A stretch of 13,250 nucleotides of DNA, from assembly GCA_043819795.1 (NCBI GenBank), contig JBDREN010000143.1:1-13250 (forward strand), given 5' to 3'. Source of the DNA: Elusimicrobiota bacterium. GTDB taxonomy: Bacteria; Elusimicrobiota; Elusimicrobia; UBA1565. The notes under the pieces are model-generated. The model made no database searches, was not told the origin of the DNA, and worked only from the letters and a program-made list of their open reading frames with translations. Numbering within the stretch: the stretch's first letter is position 1; every line of letters starts with the position of its first letter. A program made the position numbers and the translations under genes. This document shows positions 1-8,445 of the stretch, in pieces.

Positions 1-1
1 G

Positions 2-1120
2 GACGAGCGATTAGATTGCGCGGACTTACTCTCCGTCCCTGCAGGTCCGTCCGCCGTTGCCGTGGCCGTGGAGGGGGAGGGGGCGGACCTGAGCGCTTCG
101 GGCGAGGTGGCGGACCTGGCCGGGAACAACGCGTCAGCGACGCTCGGCGGGATCAGGATCGACCGGACCCCGCCGGTCATCACGGCCTCGAGCGCTCCCG
201 GCACGGGGCTGGAAGGCTGGAGCAACGGCGACGTGGAGGTGCGCTTCGAGTGCTCGGACGGGCTCTCCGGCCTGGACGGGCCGTGCCCTGTGGCCGTGGC
301 CGTGGACGGGGAGGGCGCGGACCTGAGCGCTTCTTCGGACGATGTCTAGGACTTGGCCGGGAAACGCGGGTCGGCGAGTCTGGAGGGGATCAAAATCGAC
401 CGGACGGCCCCGACCATCACTGCCTCGCGCTCGGCGGCCACGGGCCAGGACGGGTGGAGCAACGCGGATGTGACCGTGAGCTTCGAGTGCTCGGAGGGGC
501 TCTCCGGCCTGGCCGCGGCGTGCCCCGGTGCCGTGGCCGTGGACGGGGAGGGCGCGGACCTGAGCGCTTCGGGCGAGGTCGCCGACCTTGCCGGGAACAG
601 CGCGTCGGCGACGCTCGGCGGGATCAAAATCGACCGGACGGCCCCGGCGCTCGAGTACGCGGCGCAGGCCCCGGACGCCAACGGGGCGGGATGGAACAAG
701 ACGGACGTCGCGTTCGCCTTCACGACTTCCGACAACCTCTCGGGCGTGGCTTCGACGTCCATCGAGAGCCCGCTGATCCTGAGCGTGGAGGGCGGGGCCG
801 TGAGCGGCGAGGTGACGGTGACCGACGCGGCCGGCAACCCGGCCGCGTTCGCCTCGCCCGCGGTCAAGATCGACAAGACCGCGCCGACGCTCGCGTTCGC
901 GGAGCAGAGCCCGGCGGCCAACGGGGCGGGGTGGAACAACACGGACGTGTCGTTCACGTTCACCATCGCCGACGCCCTCTCGGGGGTGGCCTCGACGTCG
1001 GTCGAGAGTCCGCTGGTAATGAGCGCGGAGGGCGAGGGGGTGACCGGCGAGGTGACGGTCACCGACGCGGCCGATAATACGGGGGTGTTCGCTTCGCCCG
1101 CGGTCAGCATCGACAAGACC
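2..1120 (+). repeat. Tandem 234-240 bp (78-80 aa) Ig-like coding repeats, at least 5 units, two subtypes
   Basis: The IDRT/IDKT motif recurs at 158, 395, 629, 869 and 1109. The units ending at 395 and 629 carry a Cys pair (FECS.GLSGL...CP; degenerate in the partial first unit). The last two units lack Cys (GWN.TDV.F.FT..D.LSGVASTS.ESPL). Confidence 0.9.
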
Positions 1121-4100
1121 CCGCCGCAGATCGCCATCAGCACGCCCTCCGGCGGGCAGTCGGTGGCCACGCGCGACCCGATCGTGATCGGCTTCTCGGT
1201 GAGCGAGTTGGACCCGGCTCCCGCGATCACGGCGACGCTCACGCTGCTGCAGGCGGGAACCGGCGCTTCGGGGAAGGACGACGGCCCGATCGCGGTCTTC
1301 AACGGCCGGGTCCTCGAGCCTTTGGACCTGAGCGCGGGGACGTGGCGGCTGACGGTGAGCGCCACCGACCAGGCCGAGAACCCCGCCTACGCCGCCGGCG
1401 AGAGCTTCGAGGTCGTCCACGACATCCAGCCGCCGCGCACCGGCGTGGCGGTGGCCGAGCCCAGGTATCCGGACGCTTCGGAGCCTGAGCCGGCGCTGAT
1501 CTACGTGCGGGGGGATACGGAGCTGACGGCCTCGTCCATAGACGACTTGGTGGACGTGGGCGACGAGGACGGGCTGGGCGTGGAGCTTCAGGCGGTGAAG
1601 GTGGGCGGCAGCCAGCGCTTCAGCTGGGAGAACCCGAGCCCGGCGGTCGGACAGGTCTTCGCGAACAGCTTCACGCTCGACGATGCCGACGGGGCGCGGC
1701 TGAGCCTGGTGGCGGAGGCCGAGGACACGTTGGGCCGCGCGGAGACGGGCCGGGCGATGAGCCTGCAGATCGACGACAAGGCTCCGGTCGTGAGCCACGC
1801 GTTCGACGCGGCGCCGGTGGTGCGTCCGCCCAAGAACGAGGAGTGGTTCGCGGCGGACTTCCGGATCGTCTGGTCCGCGGAGGACGGCACGGGCTCGGGG
1901 GTGGCGTTTTTGAGCGGGCCGACGGACGTGGACTCGGAGGGCGGGGCCGTCCCCTACACGGGTCATGCCACCGACAACGTGGACAACCAGGGCAGCCTGA
2001 CGGTGGCGGTCAACCTGGACAAGACCGCGCCGGTGGTGGACGCGGGCGCGGACGTGACCGTGGAGGAGGGCGCGGAGCTGGGCTTCTCGGCCGGCGTGAC
2101 GGACAACCTCGACGACCAGCCGGAGTTCGGCTGGACCTTCGGGGACGGGGGCACGGCGGGCCAGGACCCGACGCCGAGCCACACCTACGCCGACGACGGC
2201 GTCTATGAGGCGAGGGTGAGCGCGACCGACCACGCGGGGCACCCCGCCTCGGATTCGCTGACGGTGACGGTGCTCAACGCGGCGCCGGTCGTGAGCGCGG
2301 GCGGCGATCAGGTCGCGGGAGCGGACGGGCTGTTGCGGATCGGCGGCGCGATCGCGCCGAGGAGGATGGACGCCCTGGACAACGGCGCTTTGGTCTCGCT
2401 GCCGATCGGGCCGGAGGCGCCCATCGTGGTGCCGGCGATCACCTTCGGCGACCTGGGCGCCTTGGACACGCACACGGCGACGATCGACTGGGGCGAGCCT
2501 CCGCCGGCGGAGCCGGAGGAGGTGCCCGTGGGCGCCGGCACGATCTCGGCCGAGCACCACTATGCGGCCAGCGGGGTCTACACGCTGCTCGCCACGGTAA
2601 CGGACAACGACGACGGGTCGGGCTCCGGCGGCTTCCAAGTAAAGGCGGACGCGGAGGCGCCCGAGACCGTGCTCTCGCACAGCGGGGACGTGAGCACGGA
2701 GGCGGGGATCCCGGCCGAGGCCGAGGTGTTCCTGGATGCGGACGCGATGAACGCGCTCAACGCGACCGACGCCGTGGTCGAGGACATCTCCGGCGTGCAG
2801 TGGACGTTCCGCAGGGATTTGACCATAGACGGCGAGAACTCGACGTTCACGCTGCACGCCGCGGCCTTCAACCTGGCGCAGGAGGGCCCGCACCGGCTGG
2901 AGTACTTCAGCGTGGACCTGCGCGGCAACGAGGAGGGCCACAAGTTCATCACGATCGGGGTGGACCACACGGCGTCCTCGTGCGCGCTGCACGTGGGCAA
3001 CCCGGTGAAGTACGAGTTCGACCAGGCCTACATCAGCCCCAAGACGGAGCTGACGCTGACGGCCTTCGACATCGAGTGGGCGGGCGTGGCGTCGGGGGTC
3101 AAGGAGATCCGGTACCGGATCGACGACGGGGCCGAGGTCGTGTATGAGACGCCCTTCCCGCTGCCGGAAGGGGTGCATACGGTGAGCTACTGGAGCGTGG
3201 ACAAGGTGGACAACGTCGAGGCCGAGGAGTCGATGCTGTTCAACGTGGGCAAGATCATGGACCGCCAGGCCACGGCCGGGGCGGGCAAGAAGAAGTCGAT
3301 CGACCTGCTGGGCACGGTCGAGATGACGGGCGACCTGGCGTCGAACGGGCCCTTGACGCTCAAGGGGACCGTGGTGATCAACGGCAGCGTGGTCGCGCCC
3401 GAGATCTCGGTGAACAAGAACAGCGGGATCACGGGGGAGCAGACGATCCAGGAGGATCCGCTTCACCCCGCGCCCTTCGACTTGGCGGCCGTCAAGGCGT
3501 ACGTGGAGGAGCACGACCTGGCCAAGAGCACGACGAACCCCATCGCCGCCTACCTCAACAAGAGCGGCGAGCTGGTGATGAACGGGCAGGCCAGCCTGAG
3601 GCTGCCCGCCGGCGACTATCTGCTCGCCGGCATCACGATGACCGGGGGCGCGGAGCTGACGATCGAGGGCAAGGTGGGCATCCTGGTGGAGGGTCCGATC
3701 GTGATCAACGCCTCGAACGTGAACGCGGGCGCGGAGGCTCCGGATTCGCTGAGCATCTTCAACAACCAGGAGACCACCATCGACCTGAAGGGGCAGGCGC
3801 GCCTGGCGGCGCTCGTCTACGCCCCGGACGCGACCACGAACTTCTCGGGGAGCGCTCGATACGGCGGGCGGCTCTTCACGGGCCACCTGACGATGAACGG
3901 GAGCGGCATCGCGCTCTCGGACGCGGCTCCCAAGGCGTACGCGGCGGAGCCGAGCGAAGAGACGGGCAAGGGCGGCAAAGCGGCCTCGGCCGGGCTGGCG
4001 GCGGAGGGCGCCGACCCGAGCTTCGCGCTGCGCGAAGCGTACGTGTTCCCGAACCCGGCGGCGGGCGGGGCGCGGCCGGTGATCCACGCGGCGGTGGGGA

Positions 4101-4330
4101 TCGCGGACAAGGTGACGCTCCGCATCTACAACCTCGCGGGCCAGCAGGCGCACCAAGCGACGCTCGAGGGCGCGCCGCCCGTGATCGACGACGGGAGCGG
4201 GCCCAAGTATGCCTACGAGTTCGTGTGGGACGGCCGGATCCCGAGCGGCGTGTACCTGTACACGATCGTGGCGGAGAAATCCGGGGAGGCGTCCATCCGC
4301 AAGGCCGGCAAGCTGGCCGTGGTGCGTTGA
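2..4330 (+). CDS. Giant secreted/surface protein, 5'-truncated by the window: tandem Ig-like repeats, two PKD domains, OmpL47-type Ig-like modules, beta-helix-like domain, C-terminal T9SS-sorting/FlgD-Ig-like domain; one in-frame TAG at 347-349
   Basis: Frame +2 is open from base 2 to TAG 347-349 and continues in the same frame to TGA 4328-4330 (ORF track 62..349 and 353..4330), with the repeat register kept across the stop. PKD signatures: FGWTFGDG...HTYADDGVY (~2020-2280) and IDWGE...HHYAASGVY (~2280-2650). SGVKEIRYRIDDG...HTVSYWSVDKVDNVE module (~2970-3250). Gly-rich beta-helix-like region with ALVYAPDA (~3295-3920). C-terminal VFPNP...LRIYNLAGQ...WDG...SGVYLY...KLAVVR. Confidence 0.88.
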
Positions 4331-4351
4331 GCGCGCCGGGGCGGGCCGCAG

Positions 4352-4390
4352 GCTCCGGGCGGGGATCGGCCCGCCCGGAGCTCATTTTCT
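4352..4390 (+). terminator. Intrinsic terminator after the giant surface protein gene
   Basis: Perfect 12-bp stem gctccgggcggg (4352-4363) / cccgcccggagc (4370-4381), 6-nt loop, followed by tcattttct; begins 21 nt after the stop codon. Confidence 0.75.
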
Positions 4391-4446
4391 ACGCGGATAC
4401 CTCCCCATTACCTGACAAGGCGTTGACAGTCTTCTCCCCCTCCTGA

Positions 4447-4684
4447 AAGGGGCTGGACAAGCCCGGCACGGCGGACACGGACTCGGATGCGGACGGGGTG
4501 CCGGACGACTATGCCGGCGATTCGGACGCGTGCCCGGACTCGACGCTCGACGCCATCGAGCTCAACTGAGGCGCTGGGCGCGGGCGAGGGGCACGCGAAG
4601 AAGGGCTGCTCGCCCGGGCTCATCCAGAAGTGGACGGGCTTAAGCGCGCAGCCCGACAGGCCGGGGACGGGCAAGAACAAATAG
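4447..4684 (+). pseudogene. Remnant of the C-terminus of a thrombospondin type 3 (TSP3) repeat secreted protein, frameshifted and probably internally deleted
   Basis: Frame +1 (4447-4569) reads KGLDKPGTADTDSDADGVPDDYAGDSDACPDSTLDAIELN*, a DxDxDGVPD...DxCP Ca-binding motif. Frame +2 from 4568 reads EALGAGEGHAKKGCSPGLIQKWTG...* (stop 4682-4684). There is no start codon for the frame +1 piece. Confidence 0.6.
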
Positions 4685-4847
4685 ACGCTATCGAGGGCGG
4701 GCGGAACTCGAGCGACTGCTCAGCTATTGTCGCAGGCCCGCGCTCAGCTTCAAGCGGCTGCTGTGGCCAGCCCGGGGTCGTTACCCAAGATGATCCGGGG
4801 CTATTGTGACCGGCTTCAGCAGGGCGGACACTCCTCTGCTCCCACCA

Positions 4848-4909
4848 GGGCCTTTTGGGTAAGCTGGAAATAGGCCCCCCTGGACCAAAGGCCTAGGCCC
4901 AAAGGCCCG
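4848..4909. promoter_or_regulatory. Repeated GGNCCAAAGGCC motif upstream of the 4960 gene (putative regulator binding sites)
   Basis: Tandem ggaccaaaggccta (4882-4895) and ggcccaaaggcccg (4896-4909); inverted variant gggccttttgggt (4848-4860). Confidence 0.45.
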
Positions 4910-4959
4910 GGTAGTCGCCCATATCCCGGGCATCCTATTAGTGAATGAAGAGGAGGAAC

Positions 4960-6756
4960 ATGGATACCTTTTTCTCTCCGCCACGCCACAGACTCCTGAG
5001 CCTGGGGGCCGCCTGCACGATGCTGGGGACGGCCCTGTTCATGGGCTTGGGAGCGGGGGCTCATCGGGCGCTGGCCGCCTCCGTGCAGGTGACCCAGCCC
5101 GTCTCCGGCGCTCAGCCCGCGGCGGCGGGCGTCTCGGGCGCCGGGCTCAATCAGGCGGCGGCGATCAGGCAGCGGTCCCGCCGTCTCTCGGCGCCGGGGC
5201 TGAATTCCGTCCTGCCCGGGAACGTCTCCTTCGAGCTGAAGCCCGTCATCCCGGCGAAGTCCGCTCCCTCGGCGAGCCTCGCGGAAGGGATCGGGGCGAA
5301 GACGGCTCCGCCGGGCGCGCCGGGACTAACCGCCGCGCCACAGTCCCAGCCCCATTCCGGAGGGGACCGGGCACTGCGGACCTCCCAATCGGACGACGCC
5401 CGGACAGCCGCCGCCGAGGGTACCGCAAAGCCCGCTGAGGGCAAAAAAGCCCGCGTCTTGGGGATGCTGAAGCAGGCGCAGGCGATCTTCTCGAAGAGAA
5501 TAAAGGACGATTCACGGGGGCATCAGGAAGACCTCGCGGAGCAGAGCCGGCTCTACGACGGCGGCAAGGCCTTCGGGCCGCGAACCGAAGACGCCGTCGC
5601 GACTTCGGAGAGGGCCGGGGCGGCGGACCTGCCGCAGGGATGGAGACTGCGTGCGATGGAGCCCGGCCGGCTCGAGTCCCGCGCCCCCCTGGCCGCGAGA
5701 CCGGCGCGCCAGAGCATCGCCTACGCCCCGGGCATCGACGGGACGAGGACCCCCGTGCTCGACATCACCCATCCGGAGATGGCGCCCGCCTACCGCTTCG
5801 ATGATCCGCTGCTGGGCTGGAAATCCATCCTATTGCTCAAGGCCATCCAGGCGCTCCCCGGAAGCCTGCGCGAGGCCATCGCCAGAAGGTCCGCCATCCT
5901 GGCCGATTTCATAGGCAAGCGCGAATACCTCAACGGATTCTCGACCTATCTGGCCAAGCTCGGCAAGCGCCATGTCCCCGGAGGGATCTTCGACAAGCTG
6001 GCCACGGGCAGCAAGCACGCCGTCGCCGTCGTCTACCGCCTGAGGGACTTCACCGACCAGCACGCCGGCGCGCTGGCGGAAGCGGTCCGGCGCAACCCCC
6101 GGGCGGACACCATCCGCTTCGTCAACATCGCGGGCGGACCGGCGCCGGACAGCATCAACACCGTCCTGAAGGTCCTGGCGGATCCGGCCCGCGCCGGTTC
6201 GCTCGCCGGCAAGAAGATCCGCATCGCGGTCTTCGACTTCAACACCGACGGCCCGGCTTTCGGCAAGAGGAGCGTGGCGGCCCTGAAGCGGCCCGGGATG
6301 AAGCTCGAAGACGTGGACATCGAGCTTGAGCACATCCCTTACGACTGGAACGATCCGTCCGCCATGGCCTCCCGGGTCCGGCAGTGGAAGCGGGAAGGGG
6401 ACATCCTCGTGGGAGGCACCGAAGGGGGCCTCATGGAATACGGCTCCGACGAGGCGATCTCGCGCAACCTGCGGGCCCTGCACGAGACCACTCCCGAGGA
6501 CTTCCGCTTCACCTTCTCGAACTACAAGAGCCGCGACGAGATCCATCCCGCGGTGACGGAGATGCTGAAGATCGCCGACATGGGGTGGCAGCTTCGCGGC
6601 CAGAACGGCGGCAAAGACGCCCGGGGCCGGACGCTCAAGGGCATCCGCCGGCTGGTCGAGGAGAACGGCTGGGTCGTCGAGACGAGCGTCACGGGCCGGG
6701 ACATATTCGACGTCCTGACCATCCGCAAGGCGGACGCCCCCCCCCTCAGAGCATGA
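4960..6756 (+). CDS. Predicted exported protein: signal peptide, Ala/Pro-rich linker and C-terminal class I SAM-methyltransferase-like domain (function unknown)
   Basis: ORF 4945..6756; ATG 4960 preferred because gaagaggagg lies just upstream. Hydrophobic N-terminus ending in ALA. ~210 aa low-complexity segment. Globular domain from ~5722 with Rossmann-like motifs FVNIAGGPAPDS, IAVFDFNTDG, YDWND and TEGGLMEYGSD. Confidence 0.8.
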   Translation: MDTFFSPPRHRLLSLGAACTMLGTALFMGLGAGAHRALAASVQVTQPVSGAQPAAAGVSGAGLNQAAAIRQRSRRLSAPGLNSVLPGNVSFELKPVIPAKSAPSASLAEGIGAKTAPPGAPGLTAAPQSQPHSGGDRALRTSQSDDARTAAAEGTAKPAEGKKARVLGMLKQAQAIFSKRIKDDSRGHQEDLAEQSRLYDGGKAFGPRTEDAVATSERAGAADLPQGWRLRAMEPGRLESRAPLAARPARQSIAYAPGIDGTRTPVLDITHPEMAPAYRFDDPLLGWKSILLLKAIQALPGSLREAIARRSAILADFIGKREYLNGFSTYLAKLGKRHVPGGIFDKLATGSKHAVAVVYRLRDFTDQHAGALAEAVRRNPRADTIRFVNIAGGPAPDSINTVLKVLADPARAGSLAGKKIRIAVFDFNTDGPAFGKRSVAALKRPGMKLEDVDIELEHIPYDWNDPSAMASRVRQWKREGDILVGGTEGGLMEYGSDEAISRNLRALHETTPEDFRFTFSNYKSRDEIHPAVTEMLKIADMGWQLRGQNGGKDARGRTLKGIRRLVEENGWVVETSVTGRDIFDVLTIRKADAPPLRA

Positions 6757-7501
6757 AGCTCCCCCCGTTGACCGGGATGTACTCCCCCGTCACGTAGTCG
6801 GACAACGGAGAAGCCAGGAACACGACCGTCCCCGCGATGTCCTCCGGTTCGCCGACGCGCCCCAGAGGGGTCATGCCCGCGACCCGCTCTCTCTGCTCCG
6901 CCGGTATCCCGGAGGTGGCGTCCGTGCGCACCAGTCCCGGCCCGACCACGTTGACCGTTATCCCGCGGGGGCCCAGCTCCATGGCCATGACTTTCGCGAT
7001 GCCGTCCATGGCCGCCTTGGCGGCCGCGTGCGCCGAGAAGCCGAAGCCGGGGTGCCGGGAAAGGCCGCTGCTCACGAATATGAGCTTCCCCGACTTCCGC
7101 CTCGTCATGTCCCTGAGCACCGCCTGCGCGGGATAGAAGAGCGCCTTCATCTCCCCGGTGAGCTTCGCCTCCAGCTCCTCCCATGAGAACTCCACGAACG
7201 GCTTGATGGGAAAGGCGATGTTCGCGTTGTTGACCAGGACGTCTATCCCCCCGAATTCCCCGACCGCCGCCTCCACCATCCGGTCCACGGCCTCGCGGTC
7301 GCGCACGTCGGCCTGGACGGCGATCCCGCGGCCGCCGTCGCTCTTGATCTGATCCAGGACCTCCTCGGCCTTGTCCTTGTTCCGGACGTAGTTGACTACC
7401 ACCACGGCGCCCTGCCGGGCCACGGCCCTGGCGATCGCCGCGCCTATGCCCCTGCTGGCCCCCGTGACGAGCACCACCTTCTCCGCCATGTCAAGCTTCA
7501 T
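6746..7501 (-). CDS. Short-chain dehydrogenase/reductase (FabG-like SDR) with atypical HxxxK active-site motif
   Basis: TGASRGIG NAD(P)-binding motif, ADV, LVNNA, VSSG (catalytic Ser region), HAAAK, VNVVGPG, YVTGEYIPVNGG. Shine-Dalgarno AAGGAGG (7509-7515, minus strand) 7 nt upstream of the ATG. The 3' end overlaps the convergent gene by 11 bp. Confidence 0.95.
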   Translation of the reverse strand: MKLDMAEKVVLVTGASRGIGAAIARAVARQGAVVVVNYVRNKDKAEEVLDQIKSDGGRGIAVQADVRDREAVDRMVEAAVGEFGGIDVLVNNANIAFPIKPFVEFSWEELEAKLTGEMKALFYPAQAVLRDMTRRKSGKLIFVSSGLSRHPGFGFSAHAAAKAAMDGIAKVMAMELGPRGITVNVVGPGLVRTDATSGIPAEQRERVAGMTPLGRVGEPEDIAGTVVFLASPLSDYVTGEYIPVNGGSFML

Positions 7502-7665
7502 GTATTAGCCTCCTTCGCCTCCGAGCCCGGCCTCTTGGCCCGGCAGGCTCGAAACCTGCTAGAATTCCCTGCTAAACTCCATATTGTCCACGAGCCTGCA
7601 ACAACCCGTGGCAATAAGACGTATTAGGAAATGGTACCATCTGGCGGAGGCGTCTCGCCAATACC

Positions 7666-8442
7666 ATGACACCGCTGAAAGCGACCCTTTTCGGGTGCCT
7701 GGCCTTTTCTCTGGCCCTCGGGGGAGCCCCGGCGCGCGCGGCCGAACCTCCGTCCAGTCCGGAAGCCGGGAGCGAGCCCTCCGTTTTCGACGAGTTCGAG
7801 GATGAATTCGAGTTCGACGCGGACGGGGCGGAGCCGAAAAAGGTGTTCGATCCTCTCCGCGGCTACAACCGGTTCATGTTCAAGGTGAACGACAAGCTCT
7901 TTTACTGGCTCCTGAAGCCGGCGGGCAAGGCCTACGCGAAAGTCGTGCCCGAGCAGGCCCGGACAGCCTTCGGCCGAGCCTTCCACAACCTCCACTTCGG
8001 CCTGCGTTTCTCCAGCTCTTTGCTGCAGCTCAAGTTCAAGAAGGCCGGGACCGAGCTGGGCCGCTTCGTCGTCAACTCCACGGTCGGCGTCGGCGGCCTC
8101 TTCGACCCCGCGGACAAGCTCCTGCATTGGCGGACGACCGACGAGGACTTCGGCCAGATGCTCGGCCACTACGGAGTGGGCGGCGGCTTCCCGGTCGTCC
8201 TTCCCGTGATCGGGCAGACCAACCTGCGCGACGGCCTCGGGATGGTGCCCAACTATCTGCTGAACCCCGTGACCTACGTGGCCGACTTCCAAACCAACTT
8301 CATGGTGGGGGCCGGCGAGCACTTCAATTTCGCGTCCCTGCATCTCGACGAGTACGAAGCCATCAAGAAGGACGCGCTGGACCCGTACACCTTCCTACGG
8401 GACGCCTATAAACAGCATCGGGACAAGAAGATCAAGGAGTAG
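7666..8442 (+). CDS. mlaA: MlaA/VacJ family outer-membrane lipid asymmetry protein
   Basis: DPLRGYNRFMFKVNDKL, RFVVNSTVGVGGLFDPA, EDFGQMLGHYGVGGG..VVLPVIG..NLRD and DPYTFLRDAY are hallmark VacJ motifs; N-terminal signal peptide. Confidence 0.93.
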   Translation: MTPLKATLFGCLAFSLALGGAPARAAEPPSSPEAGSEPSVFDEFEDEFEFDADGAEPKKVFDPLRGYNRFMFKVNDKLFYWLLKPAGKAYAKVVPEQARTAFGRAFHNLHFGLRFSSSLLQLKFKKAGTELGRFVVNSTVGVGGLFDPADKLLHWRTTDEDFGQMLGHYGVGGGFPVVLPVIGQTNLRDGLGMVPNYLLNPVTYVADFQTNFMVGAGEHFNFASLHLDEYEAIKKDALDPYTFLRDAYKQHRDKKIKE

Positions 8443-8445
8443 GCC

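Noticed and set aside
347..349. TAG as evidence of genetic-code reassignment or pyrrolysine
   Set aside because: TAG ends mlaA (8440-8442) and the MMPL gene (11680-11682) at their expected C-termini. No pyl genes are seen, and the codon sits in a locally degenerate patch.
2..660. Diversity-generating retroelement template/variable repeat pair
   Set aside because: Differences between the repeats are not adenine-specific, the repeats are ordinary tandem protein domains, and there is no reverse transcriptase in the window.
134..4156. 1340-aa minus-strand ORF, plus other long overlapping ORFs such as 16..1077, 346..1365, 8395..9840, 9834..10982, 10117..11481 and 11995..12903
   Set aside because: Shadow ORFs of GC-rich genes with strong codon bias: Arg/Gly/His/Val-rich, no recognisable motifs, and overlapping well-supported genes.
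4487..4684. 65-aa ORF as an independent small gene
   Set aside because: Its first part is the off-frame reading of the TSP3 fragment and it has no RBS. Only the last ~38 codons look coding, so it is treated as part of the pseudogene.
4685..4847. Repeated gctattgt (4723-4730 and 4800-4807) and a possible ncRNA
   Set aside because: Only an 8-bp match, with no convincing structure or coding signal.
7522..7640. Imperfect hairpin (cgagcc…ggctcg, 7522-7551) and palindrome atggtaccat (7631-7640) in the divergent promoter region
   Set aside because: Short or imperfect, expected by chance, and matching no riboswitch or operator I can support.
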